Source: Candidatus Heimdallarchaeota archaeon | GTDB lineage: Archaea; Asgardarchaeota; Heimdallarchaeia; JABLTI01 | NCBI GenBank assembly: GCA_030614005.1 | Contig: JAUWKS010000006.1 | Span: forward strand, 30,001 to 62,000 | Length of the DNA stretch: 32,000 bases | Direction of reading: 5' to 3' | Part shown: positions 7,711 through 16,859 of the stretch, one piece after another | Numbering within the stretch: the stretch's first letter is position 1 | Layout: the number at the start of each line of letters is the position of its first letter | Translations under genes and position numbers: made by a program | The notes under the pieces: generated by a model | The model's input: the letters and a program-made list of their open reading frames with translations, nothing else | Databases searched by the model: none | What the model was told of the DNA's origin: nothing

Positions 7711-8493
7711 ATGGGCGATCCAAAAAGAATTAGAAAGAAGTATAAAACTCCCCGTCAACCTTTCGAAAGACATCGTATTGATTCAGATTTAGCTCTTATC
7801 GGAAAATATGGTCTAAGAAATATGAAGGCCGTATGGAAACTGAATACTCTGTTAGCTAAATTTAGAAGCAACGCTAGACGACTTTTGAGTCTTGAAGAAG
7901 AGGACCGTAAAATTGGCGAGCGAGAATTAATTGGTAGATTACAACGATTAGGTTTATTGGAAACGAAAGCTACATTAGATGATGTTTTAAGCCTTAAGAT
8001 TGAAACTTTCCTTGAGAGAAGACTTCAAACAATGGTCTATAAAAAAGGTATGGCAACAACCCCACATCATTCGAGACAAATGATAGTTCATGGTCATATT
8101 CATATTGGTGATAAAGTAGCAAAATCTCCAAGTTATATTGTACCAGCCGCAGAAGAGAAGCTTCTCAGTTTTAATAAAAATTCTCCTCTGTCAAAGTCAA
8201 GTCATAAAGCATTACCAAGTAATGTTTTCAAATCTAAGAAAGCTCCTGCAGAGAAGAGAGATTCTAGACGTGGAGACAGACGTGGTGGTAGACCTGGTGG
8301 CAAACCTGGTGATAGAGGCGGACAAAGAAGACCTCAAAGAACTCCAGGACCATCTGCTACAAAAATAGTTGAAACAGAGAAAGCAGATATCGATGTAGTA
8401 AAAATTGCTATTGACGCCCCTGAAGCGGCAATCAAAAAGGAAGCCACTAAAGAGGTTAAAAAAGAGACCAAAAAAGAGGTCAAGAAAGAATAA
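7711..8493 (+). CDS. rps4: 30S ribosomal protein uS4 with a ~90-aa low-complexity C-terminal extension
   Basis: MGDPKRIRKKYKTPRQP, KYGLRN and ERRLQT motifs; AGGTGA SD; RGG-rich then KKE-repeat tail. Confidence 0.97.
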   Translation: MGDPKRIRKKYKTPRQPFERHRIDSDLALIGKYGLRNMKAVWKLNTLLAKFRSNARRLLSLEEEDRKIGERELIGRLQRLGLLETKATLDDVLSLKIETFLERRLQTMVYKKGMATTPHHSRQMIVHGHIHIGDKVAKSPSYIVPAAEEKLLSFNKNSPLSKSSHKALPSNVFKSKKAPAEKRDSRRGDRRGGRPGGKPGDRGGQRRPQRTPGPSATKIVETEKADIDVVKIAIDAPEAAIKKEATKEVKKETKKEVKKE

Positions 8494-8506
8494 GTAGGTG
8501 AATTAT

Positions 8507-8926
8507 GTGAGTACTGAAAAAGAACCCCCAAAAAAGAGAAGAGTTATCAGAACCGGAATTGTTCACATCTATTCTTCCTATAATGATACAATTATCACTG
8601 TAACTGATGTAACTGGAAGCGAAACAATTTCAAAGCGTTCTGGTGGTATGTATGTTAAAAGCGATAGATTTGAATCCTCACCATATGCAGCAATGAGAGC
8701 TGCTTATGACGCAGCAACAGCTGCAAAGGATAGAGGAATAACAAAAATTAATATCGCTGTACGAGCTCCAGGTGGAAATGGTCCCAGAACACCAGGTCCA
8801 GGTGCCCAAGCGGCAATTAGAGCTTTAGCTAGATCTGGTCTTAGAATTGGACGAATCGAGGAAGTTACTCCTATCGCCCACGATGGCACACGAAGAGCTG
8901 GTGGCAGAAGAGGTAGAAGAGTATAA
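8507..8926 (+). CDS. rps11: 30S ribosomal protein uS11
   Basis: [22 protein letters not shown] and GGRRGRRV motifs. Start is likely GTG 8507, since AGGTGA SD lies at 8496-8501. Confidence 0.97.
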   Translation: MSTEKEPPKKRRVIRTGIVHIYSSYNDTIITVTDVTGSETISKRSGGMYVKSDRFESSPYAAMRAAYDAATAAKDRGITKINIAVRAPGGNGPRTPGPGAQAAIRALARSGLRIGRIEEVTPIAHDGTRRAGGRRGRRV

Positions 8927-8947
8927 TCTATACGGAGCGAATAAACA

Positions 8948-9133
8948 ATGACTCAAACCTATTATACAATGCCAACTTGTTCATGCTGCAATAGAAAACT
9001 AGCTCCAGATGATGTGGGATCTGTAAAATTCAGATGCCCTGAATGTGGAGATGTAGTTCATATACGCTGTTCCTTCTGTAGACAAAAAGAAATCGGATAT
9101 ACTTGTCCAGCCTGCAATTTTGAAGGACCGTAA
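8948..9133 (+). CDS. Small zinc-ribbon protein (HVO_2753/DUF1610-like, four CxxC motifs)
   Basis: CSCC, CPECG, CSFC and CPAC motifs, KFRCP and the terminal EGP characteristic of this archaeal family. Confidence 0.88.
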   Translation: MTQTYYTMPTCSCCNRKLAPDDVGSVKFRCPECGDVVHIRCSFCRQKEIGYTCPACNFEGP

Positions 9134-9147
9134 AAATAGATAAAAGT

Positions 9148-9167
9148 GAGAGTAGATATTTACTCTC
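9148..9167. terminator. Hairpin between convergent genes
   Basis: GAGAGTA-gatatt-TACTCTC followed by a T-rich tract. Confidence 0.5.
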
Positions 9168-9210
9168 TAAATATTTTCTTTTTAATACAAACTATACTTG
9201 AAAAATGAAA

Positions 9211-10374
9211 TTAGAGCTGATTTAAGCGTTTAATAGTTTCATCAATTTGATCAAGTGATAGCGAACCAAAACTTGCTCTAAGATAGCCTTCTCCAGAAGG
9301 ACCAAATTCTGATCCAGGTACAAGTGCTATTTTTTGTTTTTCAAATATAAGTTCACAAATATCCTTTGAATTTGTGAAATCTTTATGTTCAGTTACATTA
9401 GGAAATGCATAAAAACTTCCTTTCGGAGTACGGCAAGTGATTCCGTCAACACTATTGAATCCTGAAACAATTTTCTCCATTCGTTCTTTCAAGATGTTTC
9501 TTAAATTGTTAGTAAATTCATCTCCTTCTGGTGTATTGATGAATTCTCCTAAAGCACTTTGTTGAGCAGAAGGAGCATTTGCAACGATAAAACTATGCAT
9601 TTTAACAATTGGCGCAACTAGTTCTTTTGGTCCTGCGAGATATCCTATTCGCCATCCGGGAACACAGTAAGTTTTTGAAAAACTGTTAAGAAGAATGGTT
9701 CTTTCATAAGCACCGCTTATTTTGGGAACACGAATATGTGTATCATCAGTAAATATGCATCTTTCGTATACTTCATCGGAGAATATAATCAAATTATTAT
9801 CAACTGCTAAATCAATAATGGGTTTTAATTCTGACTCAGTCATTAACTCCCCAGTAGGATTGGATGGAAAATTAAGGATAATTGCTTTCGTTTTATCAGT
9901 AATATATTGGTCTAAATTAGAAGTATCGATTTTCAGATCTTCAGTTGGTTTTAACCAAATTGGTTTTCCCCCTGCAAGAGTCACCTGCCTTGGATATGTG
10001 AGAAAAGAAGGATCTGGTATTAATACCTCATCTCCCGATCCAATGTAAGCCATCAGTGAAGAAAATATTGCTTCACAACCACTTGCAGTTGCAAGGATAT
10101 CTGTTTTCGGATCATAATCTAGATTATACCAACGTTTATTCTGTTCGGCAATAGCTTCTCTGTATTTGTAGGTTCCTAAAGTTGGAGAGTAATAGTTATC
10201 ACCACCTTCCACAGCTTTTACAAGAGCTTGTATCAAACCATTTGGCGTAGGGATATTAGGTTGACCAATTCCGAGTGAGATAACACCAGGAATACCTTGA
10301 GCTCGTGCAAACATTGCACGAATACCTGAAGGCTTAATTTTAGTTAAACGATTAGCTATTTTCATTTCTGTCAT
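9211..10374 (-). CDS. Class I/II PLP-dependent aminotransferase (AspC-like)
   Basis: LGIGQP, LNFPSNPTG, SDEVYE and SFSKTYCVPGWRIGY (PLP lysine) motifs. Start is likely ATG 10374 (MTEMK), not 10476. Confidence 0.93.
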   Translation of the reverse strand: MTEMKIANRLTKIKPSGIRAMFARAQGIPGVISLGIGQPNIPTPNGLIQALVKAVEGGDNYYSPTLGTYKYREAIAEQNKRWYNLDYDPKTDILATASGCEAIFSSLMAYIGSGDEVLIPDPSFLTYPRQVTLAGGKPIWLKPTEDLKIDTSNLDQYITDKTKAIILNFPSNPTGELMTESELKPIIDLAVDNNLIIFSDEVYERCIFTDDTHIRVPKISGAYERTILLNSFSKTYCVPGWRIGYLAGPKELVAPIVKMHSFIVANAPSAQQSALGEFINTPEGDEFTNNLRNILKERMEKIVSGFNSVDGITCRTPKGSFYAFPNVTEHKDFTNSKDICELIFEKQKIALVPGSEFGPSGEGYLRASFGSLSLDQIDETIKRLNQL

Positions 10375-10543
10375 AATAAAAATCACATTTGAATATTTTA
10401 AAACAAGTTTTGATATTACAGATTGGTTTTGAGGGAATAAAAAGCATTCGATGAGCAAAACCCAAATAAAGTCCATACAATTACTTTTAATAAATCCCTA
10501 GTTTGGGTGATAAATTGCAAATTAGATTTGAGGTATAAAAAAA

Positions 10544-11476
10544 ATGAAAATTTTCTCATTTAAAACAAAGGATGGAGTTCCTCGGATAGGAACCTTTTGG
10601 CATGACAATTATGTAATCGATATTATAGCTGCAAGTGAAAAATTACCCAAAACGAAATTTGAGAAAGTTAGAGAAATGAAAGACTTAATTGAATTAGGCG
10701 AAAAGGGATTGAAAGATCTTCAAAAATTTATCACTGAACTTAAAGAGCTAAGTAAGAAAGACAAAGAAATATTTCAAGAAATTGAAAGCAATTCATTCTA
10801 TCCACTAGCTGAGATTAAGTTTCTTCCACCACTAAGAAACCCCCAAAAGATTATTTGTTTGGGAAGAAATTTTGCTGAACATGCAAAAGAGGGTGGAAAA
10901 GAGCCACCAAAGAATCCGATGATTTGGGGCAAGTTTAATTCAGCAATAATCGCGCATCAAGAGAATATTGTCTTACCAAAGATTTCTGAAACAGTAGACG
11001 TAGAAATAGAGCTCGTTGCCGTCCTTTCAAAGAGAGGAAAACACATTCCCGAAGAAGAAGCATTGAATTATGTTTTTGGTTATACAATTGGCAATGATGT
11101 TAGTGCAAGAGATTATCAATATTCAGATAAACAGTTTACCCGTTCAAAAACAATGGACACATTCGCTCCTCTTGGACCATGGATAGTCACTCGAGATGAA
11201 TTGCCAAATCCTCAAAATCTTGAAATGGAATTGACTGTAAACGGCAAAACGTGGCAAAAATCAAACACTAAAAAAATGATATTTACAGTAGCTTATATTA
11301 TCTCTTACCTATCAAAATCATTCACATTTGAGGCAGGAGACTTAATCTTTACTGGGACACCTTCAGGTGTAGGTCATTATCAAAAACCACCTTCGTATCT
11401 AAAAGAAGGAGATGTTGTGAAACTAACCATAGAAAAAGTAGGGACACTTGAAAATCCAGTAATAAAAGAAAATTAA
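10544..11476 (+). CDS. Fumarylacetoacetate hydrolase family protein
   Basis: KIICLGRNFAEH, DVEIEL, GNDVSARD, KTMDTFAPLGP and TGTPSGVG motifs. Confidence 0.93.
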   Translation: MKIFSFKTKDGVPRIGTFWHDNYVIDIIAASEKLPKTKFEKVREMKDLIELGEKGLKDLQKFITELKELSKKDKEIFQEIESNSFYPLAEIKFLPPLRNPQKIICLGRNFAEHAKEGGKEPPKNPMIWGKFNSAIIAHQENIVLPKISETVDVEIELVAVLSKRGKHIPEEEALNYVFGYTIGNDVSARDYQYSDKQFTRSKTMDTFAPLGPWIVTRDELPNPQNLEMELTVNGKTWQKSNTKKMIFTVAYIISYLSKSFTFEAGDLIFTGTPSGVGHYQKPPSYLKEGDVVKLTIEKVGTLENPVIKEN

Positions 11477-11512
11477 GTTAAACTAAACTGAACTTAAAAG
11501 GAGAAAGAAGCT

Positions 11513-12448
11513 ATGCCTAGAAGACCTGATGCTGAACTAGTTAAAACATCCAAGTTCAATGAATTGATGTTTCATTTTATGCTAAAAAGAAATGAGAGTG
11601 CCATTTATTTCGATATCCAAGTGGACCTCACTCATACCTTTGAATTTCTCGAAGACTTCAATAAAAATCGAGATGAAAAAGAAAAATTGACCCTGTTTCA
11701 AATATTGCTTACAGCAGGGGCAAGAACTGTTGCTTTGAGACCAAAAGTGAACAGATTTGTTTCGGGACGTCGCTTATGGCAAAGAAATAAAATAATTTTT
11801 GGATTTGTCGTGAAGAAAGAGAAAACAGATGAAGGTGAAGAAGTTAATGCAATGATCGAGTTTGATCCATATGATACTTTGGATACTGTACAGAAAAGAG
11901 TTTCTGCAGCTATCCATGAAGCTCGATATGGTGTGAACCAAAATGAACAGGATGTCAAACTCATTGGTGCATTGCCAAGATGGATGATGAATCTCTTATT
12001 TAAGTATATAATGTGGAGTGATCAAAAAAACTTCCCCCCTTCTTCAGTAATAGAAACTACACCAATGTGGGTTACAGCATTTATTGCACATTTAGGTTCT
12101 ATAAATATGGATGCAGCATACCATCATCTCTTTGAAATAGGAAATGCTGGTTTATTTATCACCATCGGAAGAATTCGCAAAGCAGCTGTTGTAAATCAAG
12201 AAACAGAGGAAATAGAAATCAAGAAGGTAATGAATTGTCGAATAAGTATAGATGATCGTATTGCTGATGGAGCATATACCGGTCCTGCTGTTTACTTGTT
12301 AAAGGAATTGATTGAAAACCCTGAACCATTGGTTGATCCTCCTGAACTTACTCACGAACAATTAGATAAACTGATGCTTAAAAAATATAAGAAAGGACGA
12401 TTAGAGCGAGAAAAAGCAAGGAAAAAACAACGAAAAAAGAATAAATAA
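11513..12448 (+). CDS. Standalone 2-oxo-acid dehydrogenase E2-like acyltransferase catalytic domain (no lipoyl domain)
   Basis: E2 catalytic-core pattern; IAHLGS and IDDRIADG align with the canonical ISNLG and DHRxxDG. AAGGAG SD. Confidence 0.8.
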   Translation: MPRRPDAELVKTSKFNELMFHFMLKRNESAIYFDIQVDLTHTFEFLEDFNKNRDEKEKLTLFQILLTAGARTVALRPKVNRFVSGRRLWQRNKIIFGFVVKKEKTDEGEEVNAMIEFDPYDTLDTVQKRVSAAIHEARYGVNQNEQDVKLIGALPRWMMNLLFKYIMWSDQKNFPPSSVIETTPMWVTAFIAHLGSINMDAAYHHLFEIGNAGLFITIGRIRKAAVVNQETEEIEIKKVMNCRISIDDRIADGAYTGPAVYLLKELIENPEPLVDPPELTHEQLDKLMLKKYKKGRLEREKARKKQRKKNK

Positions 12449-12474
12449 ATGGGATTAAAATATTCCCATTTTTT

Positions 12475-14070
12475 TTACCAACCAATTGCACAACCATCTC
12501 TTCTTGGGTCTGATCCTCCAAAGAGAACATCGTTTTCATTATCAATTGCAATTGCTTGAGCTCCACCAAAGAACTGTCCAGGTTCAGCTTTTAATTGATG
12601 CCCTTTCATCAATAATTTACCTCGAGTAGCAATATCTATTCCATGTTCAAGGGCAACAGTATTATCATCAAAGTGAACAAATCGTGGTGCTTCAATAGCT
12701 TGTTGGACATTCATGCCAAATTCAACCATATTAAGGAAAATTTGCATTTGTCCTTGAGGTTGGACATCACCGCCCATACAACCAAAATTCAGCACAGGTA
12801 ATTCGTCTTTTGTAACCATTCCTGGAATAATTGTATTGAATGGGCGTTTACGAGGTTCGTAAACATTGAGATGGTTCTCTTCTAAGGAATACAAACTTCC
12901 ACGGTTTTGTAAACAAATACCAGTTCCTTCTACAACTAATCCAGAACCAAATCCATTGTATAAACTATTTATGAATGAGACAACATTTCTATCCTTGTCA
13001 ACAACGCTTAAGTAAACAGTATCACCAGAAGACCAATCTAAACCAGGGCTAACATTTTCAGCTGCTTTATTTAGATCAATTCTTGTTCGTTGTTTCTGGG
13101 AATAGTCCTCAGATAATAGTTCCTCAATAGGTAGTTTGTTAAAGCTTGGATCAGAAGCAAAAGTCCTAAGATCCGCCCAAGCAAGCTTCTTAGCTTCAAT
13201 AAGTAAATGTAAATATTGAGCTGAATTATGAATCATAGAATCTATTTCAAAACCTTTGACAATATTAAGTTCTAAGAGAGTAGCGATGCCTTGCCCATTT
13301 GGTGGATGCTGATAAACTTCATAATCTTTGTATTTTGAGCTAATAGGGTCTACCCATTCTGCTTCAAATGCAGCGAAATCATCCAAAGTGAAAAAACCAT
13401 CGTTTTTTGTTGTAAAATCAACTATTTTCTTAGCAATTCCACCCTGATAGAATTCCTCTGCTCCATCTTTAGCAATTGCTTTGAATGATTTTGCAATAGC
13501 CTTTGAATAGAAAACTTCGCCTACTCTTGGAGCACGACCATTGGGAAGATAATTCTTTGCTGTTGCGGGATGACTATTTAATTTTTCTTCTGCTCGATGC
13601 CAAGAAAATCCTACAAGCTCGCTTACTGGAAATCCGTTTTGAGCATAATAAATAGCTGGTTTTAGAACCTCTTTGAAAGTCATTGTACCAAATTTCTCAA
13701 GCGCTTTACTGAAACCACTAATAGCACCTGGTACACTAACTGAATAAATGCCTGTGTTGGGTATTTTATCAAAACCTTTTTCTTTGAAATGATCCAAAGT
13801 GAGGTTTTTAGGAGACCAGCCACTTCCATTTAAAGCATGAATTTTATCATCTTGTTTACTGTGAATAAGAGCAAACATATCTCCACCAATGCCACAGCTC
13901 ATAGGTTCTACTACATTTAAAGTAGTTGCAACAGCTACAGCAGCGTCAACTGCATTTCCTCCCTTCTTTAAAATATCAATACCTGCTTGAACCGCTAATG
14001 GTTGACTGGATGCAACCATACCATTTTGACTAATGATCATTGAACGGTTTGAGCCACGAATTTCAAACAT
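12475..14070 (-). CDS. ggt: Gamma-glutamyltransferase family (Ntn hydrolase), cytoplasmic type
   Basis: GGNAVDAAVA, GIGGDMF, GDTVYLSVVD (nucleophile Thr), PFNTIIP, MGGDVQPQG and GGSDPRRDG motifs; no signal peptide. Confidence 0.92.
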   Translation of the reverse strand: MFEIRGSNRSMIISQNGMVASSQPLAVQAGIDILKKGGNAVDAAVAVATTLNVVEPMSCGIGGDMFALIHSKQDDKIHALNGSGWSPKNLTLDHFKEKGFDKIPNTGIYSVSVPGAISGFSKALEKFGTMTFKEVLKPAIYYAQNGFPVSELVGFSWHRAEEKLNSHPATAKNYLPNGRAPRVGEVFYSKAIAKSFKAIAKDGAEEFYQGGIAKKIVDFTTKNDGFFTLDDFAAFEAEWVDPISSKYKDYEVYQHPPNGQGIATLLELNIVKGFEIDSMIHNSAQYLHLLIEAKKLAWADLRTFASDPSFNKLPIEELLSEDYSQKQRTRIDLNKAAENVSPGLDWSSGDTVYLSVVDKDRNVVSFINSLYNGFGSGLVVEGTGICLQNRGSLYSLEENHLNVYEPRKRPFNTIIPGMVTKDELPVLNFGCMGGDVQPQGQMQIFLNMVEFGMNVQQAIEAPRFVHFDDNTVALEHGIDIATRGKLLMKGHQLKAEPGQFFGGAQAIAIDNENDVLFGGSDPRRDGCAIGW

Positions 14071-14131
14071 TTTGAGTCCCTAACCATTTTTAGTCGTTTT
14101 ATTTTTATAGATATTGGTGAAATAATACATT

Positions 14132-14509
14132 ATGATACTCGGTATAGATGTAGTTTTCATACACATCAAGGATCCAGAATTGATGGTAAAATGGTATCAA
14201 GAGAAACTAGGATTAGATGTGAGTAATACTACCACTAATTTAAGTTGGCAAGAATTTGCTTTATCTGAAAATCAAGCTCCTACAAGATTTGCTTTAGATT
14301 ACTGTGGACCAAATCCTTCACCTATTGAGCAACAGCCAGTGATCATCTCTTTCAAAGTTGCTGATATTTACAAAGCAGTGAATGAATTAGAGAAACGAGG
14401 GATAATTTTTTCCAGTTCTCAGAAGGTTTTTGATGTGGGACCAACTTTGGTTGCAACCTTTCAGGATCCAGAGAACAATTATTTGCAAATTTCCCAAAGA
14501 AAAGGATAA
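14132..14509 (+). CDS. VOC/glyoxalase-like protein
   Basis: WYQEKLGL, ISFKVADIYKAVNELEKRG and FQDPENNYLQI patterns. Confidence 0.85.
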   Translation: MILGIDVVFIHIKDPELMVKWYQEKLGLDVSNTTTNLSWQEFALSENQAPTRFALDYCGPNPSPIEQQPVIISFKVADIYKAVNELEKRGIIFSSSQKVFDVGPTLVATFQDPENNYLQISQRKG

Positions 14510-14523
14510 AAAAAGGAGAGGGA

Positions 14524-15618
14524 TTAACGGGTTTTCTTCGTACCCGCAATCATTTTTTCTAAATTTTCAAGACCTTCAGGATGCTTTTCAAAATATTTGT
14601 GAACTGGTTCGAGTATTTTCCCAAGGCTTGTAGCAACAGCATTTTTTAAATCAAGTGGATGTAGCTTTCCTTCAACAAAATCCTTCTCAAGATCTGCATA
14701 GTTTAGGTATTCAACATCACCACCAAATTTAGTAGGACGTTCAATTTTCATTGTATAATTGTCTCTTACAAAGAGCAAGTGCTCAGAATATTCCATAATT
14801 GGATTTCCTTCAGTAACTTTTGCAGGACAGAATGCTGTCTTTAATTTTCTTTTAATATCTGTTTCTGTATCGTGAATGAAGATACATGTTTCCGGTTTAG
14901 ATTTACTCATTTTTGCTTCAATTTTAGCCATATCAGGATCAGCATCAGCATCCATTTTGGAACCACTGCCTTTTAATCCTGTGAGTAATGGAGTGTGTAT
15001 AGCAATAGGTTTTGGTTTACTGAGATTCTTAGCACAATCACGAGCAATCATATGAGCTTTTCTTTGATCCATACCACCAAAAGCGATATCAATATCCATA
15101 TAGAAAATATCTGCAGCTTGCATTGCTGGGTAATAAATCCAAGCGCTTTCTACATCTTTCGTTCCCATTGCTCTGCCCATAATTGGTAATGCTCGGAGAA
15201 CGCGGTTTAATGAAGTGCTCTTTGCTACCTTGATCAAAGTAGCCCAATAATCAGAATCATTAACAATTTCGTTTGACCAGCGATAAGTTACTTTATCTTC
15301 AGTAAGACCAAGTGCTTTGTATCCTTCCTTAAAGTACTCACCGGCAATACGGATTTTTTCTAAATCTCCATCAAGTTTGTTATTCACCCAACTGTGCCAA
15401 TCAGCAAGAAAAATGGTCATATTAACCCCTGCATCCACTAGGTCATGCATTTTCATTGCACAAAGTAAACCATTACCTATGTGGAGTTTCCCACTGAGTT
15501 CGAAGCCGATGTAAGAATTTGGTTTCTTCTTCCTTTCGAAGAGAGGTTTAATCTCATCTTTTACGACCACTTCTTCAGTATTTCGAGTAATCAATTTTAT
15601 TCGTTCTTCGATTTTCAT
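14524..15618 (-). CDS. tyrS: Tyrosyl-tRNA synthetase (archaeal type)
   Basis: YIGFELSGKLHIGN (HIGH), ADWHSW, YPAMQAAD, GGMDQRK and KMSKS motifs; AAGGAG SD. Confidence 0.96.
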   Translation of the reverse strand: MKIEERIKLITRNTEEVVVKDEIKPLFERKKKPNSYIGFELSGKLHIGNGLLCAMKMHDLVDAGVNMTIFLADWHSWVNNKLDGDLEKIRIAGEYFKEGYKALGLTEDKVTYRWSNEIVNDSDYWATLIKVAKSTSLNRVLRALPIMGRAMGTKDVESAWIYYPAMQAADIFYMDIDIAFGGMDQRKAHMIARDCAKNLSKPKPIAIHTPLLTGLKGSGSKMDADADPDMAKIEAKMSKSKPETCIFIHDTETDIKRKLKTAFCPAKVTEGNPIMEYSEHLLFVRDNYTMKIERPTKFGGDVEYLNYADLEKDFVEGKLHPLDLKNAVATSLGKILEPVHKYFEKHPEGLENLEKMIAGTKKTR

Positions 15619-15889
15619 TTTTTGCAGCTCCTTGGTTGACCAATTCTAATATACCACAAAAATAGAGGCAACTAGACTAGTTCTGAAAGGTGTACAAATA
15701 TCTGAAATAACTGATAAATTCATTTGTACCCTTAGCTATAAGAGTAGTATTCTGCGATCAAATATAACGCCTCTATGGTTCAACAGAAAATTATTTTTTT
15801 AAAAGTATCGGTGTGAATGTTGGAGATTGAGTTTATTTACAAGAGAAAATTAATATAGAAATTTCATTAACTAATATTCGGAGAGCTTC

Positions 15890-16852
15890 ATGATAGGGAA
15901 TATTAATCGAATTTTTAAAATTGAAGATTTTGGTCAACCAGAATGGTATTACTATCTAATCTATTTGAGTGTAGGTTTAATTGTTGTTGTTAGTATTTTA
16001 TTAACTATAGCAATGTATTTACACAAATTTCAAATAAAAACTGATGTTGAAAGAGTTGATTTCTGTAAGAAAACGGTTTTAGCATACATAATTTTTATGT
16101 TGGTAACTTTCTCATTTTTCAGTTTAGTTTTATTAATGGAAATAATTAGTATTTCTCTAAACTATTTTCAGTACTGGGGTTTATATTATATTTTAATATT
16201 AATTGGCACTCTCATAATTGTGATAATTGGGCTACCATTTTTTATCATTGGAACTCACGCATTAAGATTTTTTATTAACTTAGAAAAAAGTAAGACGAAA
16301 GCTCTAATTTCTTCATTTTTGTATCTTCATGTTATAGTTTTATTTGCTTCATTTCTGACTACTATATTTGTATATCCTGATGTTGAAATTGGAAAAAATG
16401 GTGACTCAGGTATATTTTGGATCGGTGAAGATAGTATAATATCATTAACTCTAAGTATTCTAGCTATTGTTATTTTCAGTATACCTTTTATTATACTTAA
16501 TCGAAAAAATATATCTATCAATGAAGGGATGAAAACATCATACCCATTAAAAATATTCAGTCAATATTTCCTTTTGATTCTTGCTTTAATGAAAATAGTT
16601 TGTTTTATTTGTGGAGTGATTTATATGAGAAATTTGCCTTATGGTTCTACTAGTTATGGGCCTGCAATACTAATGTATTCGTATATTGGTATAATTGCGC
16701 TAATCAATCTCACCTATTTATCACTTTACATTGAAATACTTCAGAATTTTCGATTATTAGATACTCACTTAATATTAGAAGAAATGAATCTTAACAAGAA
16801 TAATCCTAAAGATAAAATGGGTGAATTTGAGGAAATGGAAACTACGCTGTAG
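15890..16852 (+). CDS. Hypothetical polytopic membrane protein (about 7 TM)
   Basis: Seven hydrophobic segments, a polar loop between TM4 and TM5, and a short acidic C-tail. No recognisable catalytic motif. Confidence 0.7.
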   Translation: MIGNINRIFKIEDFGQPEWYYYLIYLSVGLIVVVSILLTIAMYLHKFQIKTDVERVDFCKKTVLAYIIFMLVTFSFFSLVLLMEIISISLNYFQYWGLYYILILIGTLIIVIIGLPFFIIGTHALRFFINLEKSKTKALISSFLYLHVIVLFASFLTTIFVYPDVEIGKNGDSGIFWIGEDSIISLTLSILAIVIFSIPFIILNRKNISINEGMKTSYPLKIFSQYFLLILALMKIVCFICGVIYMRNLPYGSTSYGPAILMYSYIGIIALINLTYLSLYIEILQNFRLLDTHLILEEMNLNKNNPKDKMGEFEEMETTL

Positions 16853-16859
16853 AAAGTAA

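Noticed and set aside
10375-10476. 5' extensions of track ORFs (aminotransferase 10476, wHTH 4762, rps11 8498, PPS 21280, permease 30450)
   Set aside because: SD positions and family N-termini favour downstream starts; several upstream GTGs are part of the GGTGA SD itself.
12380-12448. NLS-like basic C-terminal tails (E2-like protein, lipid kinase)
   Set aside because: Lys-rich termini are common throughout this AT-rich genome and are not evidence of targeting signals.
15685-15697. GAAAGGTGTAC resembling a T-box sequence near tyrS
   Set aside because: It is on the strand opposite tyrS, the match is incomplete, there is no specifier stem, and T-boxes are a bacterial feature.
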